64,000 nucleotides of DNA, from UHGV virus genome UHGV-0326727. One strand, given 5' to 3'. Positions 19,735-29,875 of the stretch are shown one piece after another; the first letter of the stretch is position 1; each line of letters begins with the position of its first letter. The position numbers were made by a program, and so were the translations under genes. The notes under the pieces are model-generated. The model worked only from the letters and a program-made list of their open reading frames with translations, made no database searches and was not told the DNA's origin. The DNA comes from a virus.

Positions 19735-21969
19735 ATGATTAAGACAATTAAAAAATCAAACGGTACAGTAGTAAACTTTGACCCAGAAAGACTGAATAAG
19801 TGGGCATCATGGGCAGATAAGCGTGGTATTATCTGGTCAGAAGTCACTATGGAAGCTATGAAACGTGTCTATGAAGGTTGCACTACAAAAGAGATGCACC
19901 AAGCCATGATTGATGTTTGTGTTGATAAACAAACTCAAGAGTACTCAGATATGGCTGGACGGCTACTTCTGGGAATTATCTACAAAGAAGCCTTTGGAGG
20001 CTTTACTAAGGTTCCTACGCTGGTTACCTTCGTTAAAAATATGGAGAGAGCAGGACTTTGGGAGAAGATGGACTATTCTCAGGAAGAGCTTGAATATCTG
20101 CAAGGGTACATTGTACACTCAAAAGATATCTCTTACGGTTATGCAGTCCTGAAACAGTTCAGAGACAAGTATGGTATCCGTGATATTAAAACGGGAAGAC
20201 TTTTTGAGTCACCGCAGTTTATGTTTATGGGTATGGCTATGAAAGCCTTCGAGAAGCAACCAAAGCACCGTAGACTGCAAGATGTTATCAAGCTGTACAC
20301 TTACCTATCTGACCTGAAGATTAACGCTCCTACGCCTTATCTGAATGGTTTAAGAGCTACTAAATCAGGTTATGCGTCATGCTGTTTGATTAAGGCAAAT
20401 GATACTGCTGAATCACTCGGTATTGCTGCAAAGGTTGCTTATGATATGACTACAAAGCAAGCTGGTATTGGTATGTTGATGGAGACTCGCACTATTGGTG
20501 ATGGTATTCGTCAAAATACTATTGAGCACATGGGTAAACTACCTTATTACAAGCTTGTACGTTCATCTGTAGAGGCAAACAAACAGAAGAGTCGTGGTGG
20601 TTCAGCTAACAACTTCTACACTGCTCTAGACCCGCAGATTGAAGATTTACTACGTTTGAAGCACCCTACAACGGTTCCTTCAAAACGTATTAACGAGATG
20701 GACTACTCATTCGGCACAAATGATTATTTCTGGCAGTGTGTTCAATATGATACAGACTGGTTGCTATTCTCTTACAAGGATGCACCAAAACTCTATGACA
20801 TGTTTTACACAGCATCTGCTGATGAGTTTGCTATGGCAGTTGGTCACGCAGTACATTCAGGCGTTAAGCACAGACGGGTGAAGGCTCGTGAAATTGCTAA
20901 ACTGTTTATCCAGCAGCGTTATGCAACAGGCCGTGTGTATCCATTCTTTACGAATAATGCAAACACACATACACCATTTAAAGAGCCTTTGAAGATGTCA
21001 AATCTTTGTATGGAAATTGTGTTGCCAGTGTATGGGTTTGAGAAAGAGACAGACCTTTACAGAGATGATGCTGTGAAAGAGGATGGTGAGGTAGCTCTTT
21101 GCTTCCTAGCTAGTTTGGTTGCAGGGAGAATTTCAGAAGATGAATACGCTGACGTTGCTTATTATGCTCTTGCAATGGTTGACTCCGTTATTGACCTTAT
21201 GGATTATCCGTATCCGTCGATGCGTAACCATGTTCAGAAGCGTCGTTCTGTTGGTATTGGCCTTACAAATGTGGCTCATTACCTTGCAAAAAATTACGTG
21301 AACTACTCTTCAAGAGCAGGTAAGACGAAGCTTCATGAGCTTGCTGAAATGCACTCTTACTACTTACACGAAGCTTCTTTAAGACTTGCTAAAGAACGTG
21401 GTGTACCTGAGTATATGCAGTTCACTAAGTATCCTGAAGGTTGGGTTCCTCCGAAGACAGCTAACAGTAAGATTGATGAGAAGCATGATGCAAAACTTCG
21501 TTATGATTGGGATGACTTAGCACAACGTATTAAAGAAAATGGTGGAATCCGTAACTCTGTATTAGAAGCTTACATGCCTAATGAGAGTTCTTCACTGGCA
21601 ACTAATACGACAAATGGCTTGTATCCAATTCGTGACTTTATTTTAACTAAAAAGTCTGCAACTGGTAACGTACTGTTTATTGTTCCAGATTACGAAGAGT
21701 TGAAGTATGTCTATGAAATTGCTTGGGATATTGACACCTTTGACCTGATTGATTGCTATGCAATTGTTCAAAAGTTCACTGGTCAAGCTATCTCTTCAGA
21801 TTTCTATGTTGACTACGCAAAAGCTAAGAAGGTATCATTGGCTCAAGCTTTGAAGTACATGATTTATGCCAACTCAGTAGGTATGAAAACCATGTACTAC
21901 CTTAACAGTCGCATCGGTGTAGGTAAATCTGCACTGCAAGATGCTTATTGCGAGGGTTGTGGTGTTTAG
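19735..21969 (+). CDS. nrdA: ribonucleotide reductase class Ia large subunit
   Basis: 744 aa; N-terminal ATP-cone-like start (MIKTIKKSNGTVVNFDPERLNKW), typical size, followed by the small subunit. Confidence 0.85.
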   Translation: MIKTIKKSNGTVVNFDPERLNKWASWADKRGIIWSEVTMEAMKRVYEGCTTKEMHQAMIDVCVDKQTQEYSDMAGRLLLGIIYKEAFGGFTKVPTLVTFVKNMERAGLWEKMDYSQEELEYLQGYIVHSKDISYGYAVLKQFRDKYGIRDIKTGRLFESPQFMFMGMAMKAFEKQPKHRRLQDVIKLYTYLSDLKINAPTPYLNGLRATKSGYASCCLIKANDTAESLGIAAKVAYDMTTKQAGIGMLMETRTIGDGIRQNTIEHMGKLPYYKLVRSSVEANKQKSRGGSANNFYTALDPQIEDLLRLKHPTTVPSKRINEMDYSFGTNDYFWQCVQYDTDWLLFSYKDAPKLYDMFYTASADEFAMAVGHAVHSGVKHRRVKAREIAKLFIQQRYATGRVYPFFTNNANTHTPFKEPLKMSNLCMEIVLPVYGFEKETDLYRDDAVKEDGEVALCFLASLVAGRISEDEYADVAYYALAMVDSVIDLMDYPYPSMRNHVQKRRSVGIGLTNVAHYLAKNYVNYSSRAGKTKLHELAEMHSYYLHEASLRLAKERGVPEYMQFTKYPEGWVPPKTANSKIDEKHDAKLRYDWDDLAQRIKENGGIRNSVLEAYMPNESSSLATNTTNGLYPIRDFILTKKSATGNVLFIVPDYEELKYVYEIAWDIDTFDLIDCYAIVQKFTGQAISSDFYVDYAKAKKVSLAQALKYMIYANSVGMKTMYYLNSRIGVGKSALQDAYCEGCGV

Positions 21970-22024
21970 TTTTAATAACTATGAGGGTCGTAAAAGACCC
22001 TCTAAAATTAACTTTGGAGAAACT

Positions 22025-22282
22025 ATGAAAGACCTAATAGAAAAACATGAGAGACCCATATACTTGTTCTACAAACCCCGCAAAACATTATACTACGTGA
22101 GCAGCACAGGCATCATGATAAAGCAGAATGATGACTTATGGGTCACTGGAGCCTCTTACATCTCTACAGCAGATGGTAAAATCTACGCAAGACCTTATGA
22201 GATGTTCAATGAAGAAAATTGGGAAGTTTTAGACAGAAAACAAGCCTTAGAGATGATAAAGAAAGGAGAAATCACACTATGA
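22025..22282 (+). CDS. hypothetical small protein
   Basis: Internal ATG with GGAGA RBS chosen over the track start that overlaps nrdA. Confidence 0.3.
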   Translation: MKDLIEKHERPIYLFYKPRKTLYYVSSTGIMIKQNDDLWVTGASYISTADGKIYARPYEMFNEENWEVLDRKQALEMIKKGEITL

Positions 22283-23352
22283 TTAACCAACACCCAATCT
22301 TTTTAGGATGTGAGAGAAAAACATTTGACTCACTTAATAAGCACTACCCAAAAATCTTTGAACTATATAAACAACAAAAAGCACAAGACTGGTCAGAAGA
22401 TGAGTTCCCTTTTGAACAATCACGTCTTGATTTTGAGAGTGTGCCAGCATCAATGTCAGGTGTAATGCTTGAGATTCTTAAGTGGCAGTGGGAAGCAGAC
22501 ACCCAAGTTGCTAAGAGCTTAGCGTTTGCCTTTGCACCATTCATCTCTGATGACATTTATGCAACTGCAATTGTGAAGCAGACTGAGATTGAAAACCTAC
22601 ATGCTCTCACTTACTCAGAGATTGTAAGGCAATGTATTAAAAATCCTGAAACAATCTTAGATGAGATTAACCAGAACATTGCTGTACAAGACCGATTAAA
22701 AACTGTGAATCGTGTTCTTGAAGAATTACTAGATGAAGGCATAAACTATCGTCTGAGTTATGTCCGTGACTCTCTTCTGGACAAAGACCCTTTACACTTC
22801 CATAAAGTGGTTCTGAAAGGTCTATTTGCAGTGACTGCACTTGAAGGTATCTCTTTCATGGCATCCTTTGCATGTACTTTTGCACTTGATGCTCAAGATA
22901 AATTTCAAGGTATTGCTCAAGCTGTCCAGAAAATTATGCTTGACGAAATCCTTCACACTAAAATTGATATTGAAGTTTTAAAAGAAACTTTAAGAGATGA
23001 TGAGTGGCAAAAAGCTTTCCAACAAATTCTTCCAGAGATTAAAGTAATCTTAGATGAAGTAGTTGAAAGTGAAGAGAAATGGTCGTATTATATCTTCTCC
23101 GAAGGACGTGCTGTAGTTGGGTTAAATACAAAGCTTCTTCATGAGTGGGTTTACTATAATGCTGCCCCACTGTATGATATGTTTGGCATTCCCAGAGATT
23201 TTGTAGCTCCTAAAGAACCACCTTTGAAGTATATGATTAAGAAGATGGAAATTGATAAAGAGCAGAATGCTAATCAGGAGCAACAGAACGGTGCGTATTT
23301 ATTGAATACTGTTGTAGATGATTTGAATAGTGGATTTTTAGAGGTTCCTTAA
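22279..23352 (+). CDS. nrdB: ribonucleotide reductase class Ia small subunit
   Basis: Position after nrdA and size; start set at MINQHPIF with AAAGGAGA RBS. Confidence 0.8.
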   Translation: MINQHPIFLGCERKTFDSLNKHYPKIFELYKQQKAQDWSEDEFPFEQSRLDFESVPASMSGVMLEILKWQWEADTQVAKSLAFAFAPFISDDIYATAIVKQTEIENLHALTYSEIVRQCIKNPETILDEINQNIAVQDRLKTVNRVLEELLDEGINYRLSYVRDSLLDKDPLHFHKVVLKGLFAVTALEGISFMASFACTFALDAQDKFQGIAQAVQKIMLDEILHTKIDIEVLKETLRDDEWQKAFQQILPEIKVILDEVVESEEKWSYYIFSEGRAVVGLNTKLLHEWVYYNAAPLYDMFGIPRDFVAPKEPPLKYMIKKMEIDKEQNANQEQQNGAYLLNTVVDDLNSGFLEVP

Positions 23353-23594
23353 TGACTTATGTAATTTACTCCAAAACTGGATGCCCTCAATGTGAGACTG
23401 CAAAGAATTTTGCAAAAGCTCGTGGTATTGACCATGTTGTGAGAATGTTAGGACAGGATTATGAACTGTCAGACCTGATGGATATTGCACAGATGCCAGT
23501 TCGTCAGATGCCATTCATCATGAAAACTGATGGTCAAAATCTAAAACCTGTTGGAACGCTACAGAATTTTATGGCAGAGGTGAATAATGCTTAA
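23352..23594 (+). CDS. glutaredoxin/NrdH-like redoxin
   Basis: 80 aa; CPQC active-site motif near N-terminus; adjacent to nrd genes. Confidence 0.6.
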   Translation: MTYVIYSKTGCPQCETAKNFAKARGIDHVVRMLGQDYELSDLMDIAQMPVRQMPFIMKTDGQNLKPVGTLQNFMAEVNNA

Positions 23595-23793
23595 ACGCCT
23601 TTGGGAAGGTTTGGTTGTTGATGCACCAGCTATTGTGATTGGTATGCTTGTTGTTAACCTATTTACTGATTTTGAACAAGGTTCATTGTTTGGAGCCATG
23701 TTACTATGGGTTATCTTTGAAATATTAGAAATACAGTTAGGCATCACTGAAAAACTAAGAGAACTCTTTTCGAAGTTTTCTAAAAAGATTTAA
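23587..23793 (+). CDS. small hydrophobic protein
   Basis: 68 aa; hydrophobic stretch VVDAPAIVIGMLVVNLF. Confidence 0.3.
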   Translation: MLKRLWEGLVVDAPAIVIGMLVVNLFTDFEQGSLFGAMLLWVIFEILEIQLGITEKLRELFSKFSKKI

Positions 23794-23801
23794 AATGAAA
23801 G

Positions 23802-23822
23802 GGTCTCTTCGGAGACCTTTTT
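23802..23822 (+). terminator. rho-independent terminator
   Basis: ggtctcttcggagacc hairpin followed by TTTTT. Confidence 0.6.
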
Positions 23823-23841
23823 AGCATGTAAAGGGGCAATA

Positions 23842-25986
23842 ATGAACAAAGTACAAATTATTAAAAAGAATGGCTCACTTGAAGAACCGGATATCAAAAA
23901 AGTTTTAGCAGCAGTAACTAAGTCAGCTAACAGGGTTGGATATAAAGAACTTCCACCAGATGTTACCCAAGCTCTTGAGTCAGCATTTATGAGGATTCTG
24001 GTGAAGTCCACTAAGCAGAATAATTTGCTCATCTCAGTAAACGATATTCACAGCATTGTTGAGGGTGCTTTGGCAGAAGTAAATCACGAGATTTATGAGT
24101 CTTACTCAACATACAGAAATTACCGTAAAGAGGTTGCTCAAAATTGGGATGAGCTTTACCAAAAGACCAGAGACACACTCTTCTTAGGTGACCGTGAAAA
24201 TGCTAACTTTGACAGCAGTTTAATTTCTACAAAAGGCTCAATTATTCGTGGTTACTTGACTAAAGAAATCTTTAAACAGTACCATTTAACACCAGAGGAA
24301 CTCGAAGCCATTGAAAAAGGGTTTATCTACATCCATGACTTAAGAGACCTAATTTTTGGTGGGATTAACTGTTGCTTGTTTGACATTGGTAAAGTACTGA
24401 AAGGTGGCTTTGAAATGTCTGGCATCGAATACTGTGAACCGAAGTCTGTACTGTCAGCCTTACAAGTTATCGGTGATGTAGTTCTTTCAGCAACTGCACA
24501 GCAATTTGGTGGATTTACTTTAGCAGAGATTGATAAGGTACTTGTACCGTATGCTAAGAAGTCTCTACGCTATCATGCTGAGAAAGCAGCATCTTATGGT
24601 ATTCCTAAAGAACATTACCATAATTATGTCATGGAGCAGCTACAGATTGAATTAACTCAAGGTTTCCAGTCACTAGAGATGAAGCTAAATACTGTACCTT
24701 GTAGCCGTGGTGATTTCGCATTCACAACTTTAACATTTGGTTTACTTGACTCAGACATGTCTAATGAAGACAACCGACTACAATACATGATTGCAAACAC
24801 CATTCTTGATGTTCGCATGAATGGACAAGGTAAGAGCAAGAAGCCTGTTGTATTCCCTAAACTGGTTTATATTCATGACCAGAAGAGACACGATGAGAAT
24901 ATCTGTCAAGGTCAACTGTACAGTAAAGCTATTGAGTGTTGCTCTAAAGCTATGTATCCAGATTTCTTAAGTGTATCTGGTCATGGTGCTGTAGCAGAGG
25001 CTTTTGAGCGTTCTGGCAAGGTAATTTCACCGATGGGTTGCAGAGCTTTCTTATCCCCATATCTTAACGAGAATGGAGAAGAGTTCTACGTTGGTCGTGC
25101 TAATATTGGTGCTGTATCTTTGAACTTACCTATGATTTACCAGTATTCTAAAGAGAATGGTTTAGATTTCTGGAAAGAACTTGATAAGTACCTAGAGATG
25201 ATTCGCAGCTTCCACAAGAAACGCTACGAAATGATTGCTAATATGCCAGCAAGTTCTAACCCTCTTGCATTCACACAAGGTGGTTTGTACAAAGGAACTA
25301 AAAAACCTACCGACAAGGTTGGTTGGGATATCGTGAAGTCCTTCACAGCTTCTTTTGGGGTTACTGCGCTTGATGAGTTGTCTGTTCTTGCTGAAGGTAA
25401 ACGACTCCATGAAGTTGGAAGTTCTAGTTTTGCATACGATGTTCTGGCATACATTAACATGAAAACTGAAGAGTTTAAGAATGAAGATGGCTTCCTGTAT
25501 GCAGTATATGGCACTCCAGCAGAGTCATTGTGTGGAACTCAGCTAAAACAGTTCAGAGATATGTTTGGTGTTATCAAAGGCGTTTCTGACAAGGAATACT
25601 TTACAAACAGTTTCCATATGAATGTTGCAGCAAACATTTCACCATTTGAGAAGCAGGACTTAGAAGAGCCATTCTTCCACATCTGTAGAGGTGGCAGAAT
25701 CCAGTATGTAAGGGTAGCTAACCCAGAAAACTTAACAGCACTTAAAAGTTGTATTACCAGAGGGATGTTGAAAGGTTTTTATCAGGGGCTTAACTTTGAC
25801 TTAGCAATCTGTGAGCATTGTGGTAACAGACCAAAGGCTGATGTTGAAGAATGTGAGGTTTGCCATTCACATGATATCTCTGTGATTAACAGGGTGTGTG
25901 GTTATCTTGGATGGACTAAGATTAAAGGTGAATCCCGAATGAATGATGCAAAAATTGCTGAGATTCGTGACAGAGTTTCTATGTAA
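23842..25986 (+). CDS. nrdD: anaerobic ribonucleotide reductase (class III) catalytic subunit
   Basis: 714 aa; C-terminal Cys cluster CEHCGN...CEVCHS and glycyl-radical-type motif RVCGYLG. Confidence 0.8.
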   Translation: MNKVQIIKKNGSLEEPDIKKVLAAVTKSANRVGYKELPPDVTQALESAFMRILVKSTKQNNLLISVNDIHSIVEGALAEVNHEIYESYSTYRNYRKEVAQNWDELYQKTRDTLFLGDRENANFDSSLISTKGSIIRGYLTKEIFKQYHLTPEELEAIEKGFIYIHDLRDLIFGGINCCLFDIGKVLKGGFEMSGIEYCEPKSVLSALQVIGDVVLSATAQQFGGFTLAEIDKVLVPYAKKSLRYHAEKAASYGIPKEHYHNYVMEQLQIELTQGFQSLEMKLNTVPCSRGDFAFTTLTFGLLDSDMSNEDNRLQYMIANTILDVRMNGQGKSKKPVVFPKLVYIHDQKRHDENICQGQLYSKAIECCSKAMYPDFLSVSGHGAVAEAFERSGKVISPMGCRAFLSPYLNENGEEFYVGRANIGAVSLNLPMIYQYSKENGLDFWKELDKYLEMIRSFHKKRYEMIANMPASSNPLAFTQGGLYKGTKKPTDKVGWDIVKSFTASFGVTALDELSVLAEGKRLHEVGSSSFAYDVLAYINMKTEEFKNEDGFLYAVYGTPAESLCGTQLKQFRDMFGVIKGVSDKEYFTNSFHMNVAANISPFEKQDLEEPFFHICRGGRIQYVRVANPENLTALKSCITRGMLKGFYQGLNFDLAICEHCGNRPKADVEECEVCHSHDISVINRVCGYLGWTKIKGESRMNDAKIAEIRDRVSM

Positions 25987-25995
25987 AACTTGACA

Positions 25996-26036
25996 AGGTG
26001 GTGTGAGTCTTGATAGGCTTACATCACCTTTTTTTA
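25996..26036 (+). terminator. rho-independent terminator
   Basis: aggtggtgt...acatcacct stem followed by TTTTTTT, right after the nrdD stop. Confidence 0.5.
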
Positions 26037-26141
26037 TTGGATGTTAGATATGGCAGAGAGTATTATTGGGTTGTTCATAGGTTCTGTCTTACTAGGGTTC
26101 TTTTTAGGACTCTCTTATTGTGAATTGAGAGATAAGTTAAA

Positions 26142-26342
26142 ATGTTTAAAATATCAAAAACGTTGATATACATACTCCACATTCTAATCTTCTTCTTTGG
26201 GGTTAGTGTTATGGTATGGGGTTTTTCAGACCCACAATGGAGTTTATCATATCATGGACAAATGGATTTATGGTCATGCTTCAAACCATTTTTAGGGTTA
26301 GCTATAGCATTCAGTGCATTACCAACTAGGGTGAAATTATGA
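26142..26342 (+). CDS. small membrane protein
   Basis: 66 aa, two hydrophobic segments. Confidence 0.3.
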   Translation: MFKISKTLIYILHILIFFFGVSVMVWGFSDPQWSLSYHGQMDLWSCFKPFLGLAIAFSALPTRVKL

Positions 26343-26734
26343 TTAAGTTGAACCAAAAACAGTTAGAGTGGATTAAAGACTACGCCTCAGAGTGTGGCTC
26401 TTGCGAAAAGAATCACGTAAAATACTCAACATTCCATACAGTCTTCACATTGTACATCAGCGACAATGTTCTAAGTGATTCCGTGGAAGACGGTGTAGCG
26501 TTACCTAATGAGTTACTTGATAAACTAGCTGTAGTCACTGGAACTTGGTCTGAAGAAGACGGTCATGAATTATCTGATGATGTTGTCTTCTACACTCTTG
26601 AAAACATCATGAATCCAGAGTACATTATGCTAATGACTTGTGCACAAGACTGTGTGCCATTACAAAACTTCATTAAAGAACACTGTGAAGAATTTATTAC
26701 TAAACAGGTTCCTTGTCAGGTAGTGTTTGAATAA
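26339..26734 (+). CDS. hypothetical protein
   Basis: 131 aa ORF. Confidence 0.35.
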   Translation: MIKLNQKQLEWIKDYASECGSCEKNHVKYSTFHTVFTLYISDNVLSDSVEDGVALPNELLDKLAVVTGTWSEEDGHELSDDVVFYTLENIMNPEYIMLMTCAQDCVPLQNFIKEHCEEFITKQVPCQVVFE

Positions 26735-26769
26735 GTAAAACAATTAAATAATATTGGTGAGGTAACTAG

Positions 26770-27255
26770 ATGAATTACATGGAGATTCGACCATTTGACA
26801 CAGCTAATGGTGAAGGGGTTCGTGTAAGCCTCTTCGTAGCTGGCTGTAAACATCACTGTGAAGGCTGCTTTAACAGGGAGTCTTGGAAGTTTAATGCTGG
26901 TAAAGAGTTTACTTATGCAAACCTCTACGGCATCATTAAGTTAATGGATGATAATGCTATCAGTGGGCTGTCAATACTTGGTGGGGAACCTCTGGATGAC
27001 AGAAACATTCAAGAGGTCACCAACATATGCAAGCGTATTAAAACTGTTTATCCAGAAAAGTCTATATGGCTTTGGACAGGTTTTCAACTACACGAAAAAA
27101 TTCATCTAGATGTGATGAAATATGTTGACGTGGTAATTGATGGTAAGTATGATTCTTCTAAACCAACAGTTAAACCATACCGTGGCTCTGATAACCAAAA
27201 CCTCTGGAGAAAAGAATATGGGTGGCAAGGCGATTGTCAATGGCGAGCAGAATGA
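26770..27255 (+). CDS. nrdG: anaerobic RNR activating enzyme (radical SAM)
   Basis: CKHHCEGC (CxxxCxxC radical-SAM cluster motif) near N-terminus; downstream of nrdD. Confidence 0.75.
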   Translation: MNYMEIRPFDTANGEGVRVSLFVAGCKHHCEGCFNRESWKFNAGKEFTYANLYGIIKLMDDNAISGLSILGGEPLDDRNIQEVTNICKRIKTVYPEKSIWLWTGFQLHEKIHLDVMKYVDVVIDGKYDSSKPTVKPYRGSDNQNLWRKEYGWQGDCQWRAE

Positions 27256-27493
27256 TTATTCTGGCAAGTGGACTTATGACATCAACAAGTTAGATGCCTG
27301 GATTATTTATACAAGAGAAAAATTTGGTGCACATTCATTATGTGCTCTTGCAACGATTGTAAAGAATGTCACCTTTGTCATACACGAGTCAGATAAATTT
27401 GGAGACTTCTACAGGATTCAAAACATGAGAGAGGGTATCACTCCAATAGGAATCACTGAAGAAGAACTTCATAAGTTCTGCATTAAACTTTAA
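27218..27493 (+). CDS. hypothetical protein
   Basis: Internal ATG with GGAGAAAAG RBS chosen; overlaps nrdG 3' end in another frame. Confidence 0.3.
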   Translation: MGGKAIVNGEQNDYSGKWTYDINKLDAWIIYTREKFGAHSLCALATIVKNVTFVIHESDKFGDFYRIQNMREGITPIGITEEELHKFCIKL

Positions 27494-27508
27494 TGAGAGA
27501 GACTAAAA

Positions 27509-27775
27509 ATGGGAATTTTAGGTAATATGAAGGCTGGCTTCTTGAAGGCACTGGCAAAAGCAGCAGCAATCATTTCTATGACTGGAAAGCAGGTTGGTGT
27601 AGATGCTTCAGCAGTTGCACAAGTTCTTGCAAGCCAAATTGAACAGCAGCCTTACATCCACGTAGGTCGTGGCAAAGGTGGTAAAAAACAAGCACATCGA
27701 CCAACTGGTGCAGCAGCAATTAAACGTGCAGCTAAGAAAGCTCGTAACCGTAAACGTAACAAGAAGGCTAAATAA
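27509..27775 (+). CDS. small basic protein
   Basis: 88 aa; Lys/Arg-rich C-terminus KKARNRKRNKKAK. Confidence 0.3.
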   Translation: MGILGNMKAGFLKALAKAAAIISMTGKQVGVDASAVAQVLASQIEQQPYIHVGRGKGGKKQAHRPTGAAAIKRAAKKARNRKRNKKAK

Positions 27776-27777
27776 TC

Positions 27778-28098
27778 ATGAACAAAGTTTATAATACTCG
27801 TAAATTACAGATTTTCGTACTGTGCCAGTTTATGGCTAAAGAGTATAACTACTACTATTGTGGTACAGGGTTCATTAGTGACAATGACGGCTCATATCTA
27901 CCATTTAAAGAGGCTGTAAAACTCTTCAATGAAGAGAAAAGCTCTAAGAAAGATATTGAAAAGGTTAAGCTAACCTACAGCAAGAAAGATAAGAAGATTA
28001 TCTGCCTAGATAACTTTGTCAAAGTTACTGGAGAAGCAAAAGAGTTTATGGATGAGAGTGAAATCTCATTCACAAGCATCTTGAAAGTAGCTCAGTAA
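27778..28098 (+). CDS. hypothetical protein
   Basis: 106 aa ORF. Confidence 0.3.
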   Translation: MNKVYNTRKLQIFVLCQFMAKEYNYYYCGTGFISDNDGSYLPFKEAVKLFNEEKSSKKDIEKVKLTYSKKDKKIICLDNFVKVTGEAKEFMDESEISFTSILKVAQ

Positions 28099-28111
28099 AC
28101 AGATACTATAA

Positions 28112-28140
28112 GGGGACTGTAAAGGTTCCCTTTTTATTTT
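28112..28140 (+). terminator. rho-independent terminator
   Basis: ggggactgtaaaggttccc hairpin followed by TTTTTATTTT. Confidence 0.45.
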
Positions 28141-28149
28141 GGAGATAAC

Positions 28150-28665
28150 ATGTATCTGTCAAATCTGAAACGTTCGGTTGCAATGTCAGTTCTAAGACTG
28201 AGCTTTGAGGAACGTCAAGAGTTCATTGACTCCCACCAATACGACCCTTCTAACTCAAATCACATGATTCTCTGGAATCGTGACAGTACTCGTGAAAGAG
28301 CACTATTCCGCTATTACCCACATTACACCATAGATAATCTGTATGAATGCTTTGTTGTGAAGAACACCATTGCAGTGCTCAATAAGCTTTGTAGATACAA
28401 AGGTAACCAGTCCTTCACACTAGGCCACCATAAACCTGTTACAAAAGGTGGTGAGCATCACTGTGCGAACTGGTTTATCCAAACTAAAGCTGATAATCAG
28501 AAGCAAGGAGATAATCTTTTAAGCACCTCTAAGATGACCTATGAAGAGCAAGAGAAATATATCAAAAATAATATGCCAGATGTGCTTGACAACAACTATA
28601 CAGATTTGGCAATATCTCTCCTGTTGAAGTTCGAGACAGTTTATAGGGCAACTTACAATGGCTAA
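28150..28665 (+). CDS. HNH nuclease domain protein
   Basis: GHHKPVTKGGEHHCANWFIQTKADNQKQGDN resembles the HNH His/Asn motif. Confidence 0.4.
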   Translation: MYLSNLKRSVAMSVLRLSFEERQEFIDSHQYDPSNSNHMILWNRDSTRERALFRYYPHYTIDNLYECFVVKNTIAVLNKLCRYKGNQSFTLGHHKPVTKGGEHHCANWFIQTKADNQKQGDNLLSTSKMTYEEQEKYIKNNMPDVLDNNYTDLAISLLLKFETVYRATYNG

Positions 28666-28936
28666 AGGGAAGTGGGAGATTTTACCACTAGTTAGTGAGG
28701 GTGGTAATGGTTGTGAAATGTACATGATACGTGGTCATGTTCCAGAACCAATTGCACTTGAGATGATAAACAATTTTACAGATGGTTCTTACAAAGACTT
28801 AGGAGAACCAACTGTCAAGCAACAATGGGTTAAACCTGTACCAGACAGCACAGGTAACTGTAGTGTACTTTATCACGTTGTAGACCCTGCAAAATGCAAA
28901 TCTGCAATGGCAGTAACAAACGTAACTTTTGATTGA
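28658..28936 (+). CDS. hypothetical protein
   Basis: 92 aa ORF. Confidence 0.3.
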   Translation: MAKGKWEILPLVSEGGNGCEMYMIRGHVPEPIALEMINNFTDGSYKDLGEPTVKQQWVKPVPDSTGNCSVLYHVVDPAKCKSAMAVTNVTFD

Positions 28937-29829
28937 GAGAGAAAACCATGAAAACATCTATCCGTGTTACAGTTCATTCACCAACTAAAGGAACTCATGA
29001 AGAAGAGTTTAACATCATCCAATTCCCTTCTGGTGAGATTGGTGGAAACTTTTCACCAGAGTTTGTTGATTTTACTGCTTATGCAGCATCATCTATCAAC
29101 AATGTGATTATGATTGTAAAAGGTTATGATAAAGATACATTGTTTGCTGTGGCACTTGCTAAAGAGGCGGTGGACAACTTAGTACCTCATAAGTTTGCTA
29201 TGAAGACCATTATCTTTTACTATTTGCCAAATGCACGTTATGACCGTCACATGTTTAAAGGTGATGCAGCAGCTTTGAAAGTGTTTGCACAACAGGTTAA
29301 TGCAATGGGTTTTGATGCAGTCTGTGCAGTTGACCCTCACAGCTATGTACCAGATAACCTGTTTAACTGCTTCCAGAGTATTCCTCAAAAGGAAATTGCA
29401 GTCCACTATGCAAATGACCCACTAGTTGATTACTTAGTAGCCCCAGATGCAGGTGCTGCTAAGAAGATTGCAGAGACTGCTAAAGAGGTGGATAAACCAT
29501 ACATCACAATGTCTAAAGTGCGTAACCTTAAGACTGGTGAGATTACCGGTATGCGAATCCTTGATGATGTTGATTTGACAGATAAAACCGTTATGATTCT
29601 GGATGATATTTGTGATGGAGGTCGTACCTTTATAGAGGCAGCTAAACATCTTCGTGAAGCAGGTGCAAAACGTGTGGAACTTTATGTAACACATGGTATC
29701 TTCTCTAAAGGTGTTGAAAACCTTCTTGACAATGGTATTGACCACATCTACACTACAAACTCTTTAGGGGAAGCTAAAGACCGTGGTTTAACACATTATG
29801 GTCAAGTTACTGTAGCAAACCTTGATTAA
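28933..29829 (+). CDS. ribose-phosphate pyrophosphokinase (Prs) family protein
   Basis: PRPP/ribose-phosphate binding loop VMILDDICDGGRT and HGIFS motif. Confidence 0.65.
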   Translation: MREKTMKTSIRVTVHSPTKGTHEEEFNIIQFPSGEIGGNFSPEFVDFTAYAASSINNVIMIVKGYDKDTLFAVALAKEAVDNLVPHKFAMKTIIFYYLPNARYDRHMFKGDAAALKVFAQQVNAMGFDAVCAVDPHSYVPDNLFNCFQSIPQKEIAVHYANDPLVDYLVAPDAGAAKKIAETAKEVDKPYITMSKVRNLKTGEITGMRILDDVDLTDKTVMILDDICDGGRTFIEAAKHLREAGAKRVELYVTHGIFSKGVENLLDNGIDHIYTTNSLGEAKDRGLTHYGQVTVANLD

Positions 29830-29838
29830 AACTTTATA

Positions 29839-29860
29839 GGGGGCTTTTAAGCCCCATTTT
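29839..29860 (+). terminator. rho-independent terminator
   Basis: gggggcttttaagcccc hairpin followed by ATTTT. Confidence 0.5.
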
Positions 29861-29875
29861 GAGAGAGATTAAAAG

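Noticed and set aside
7942-21969. Inteins or group I introns interrupting the polymerase or nrdA
   Set aside because: Both ORFs are continuous and of ordinary length with motifs in normal order; no in-frame endonuclease or splicing-domain insertion is visible.
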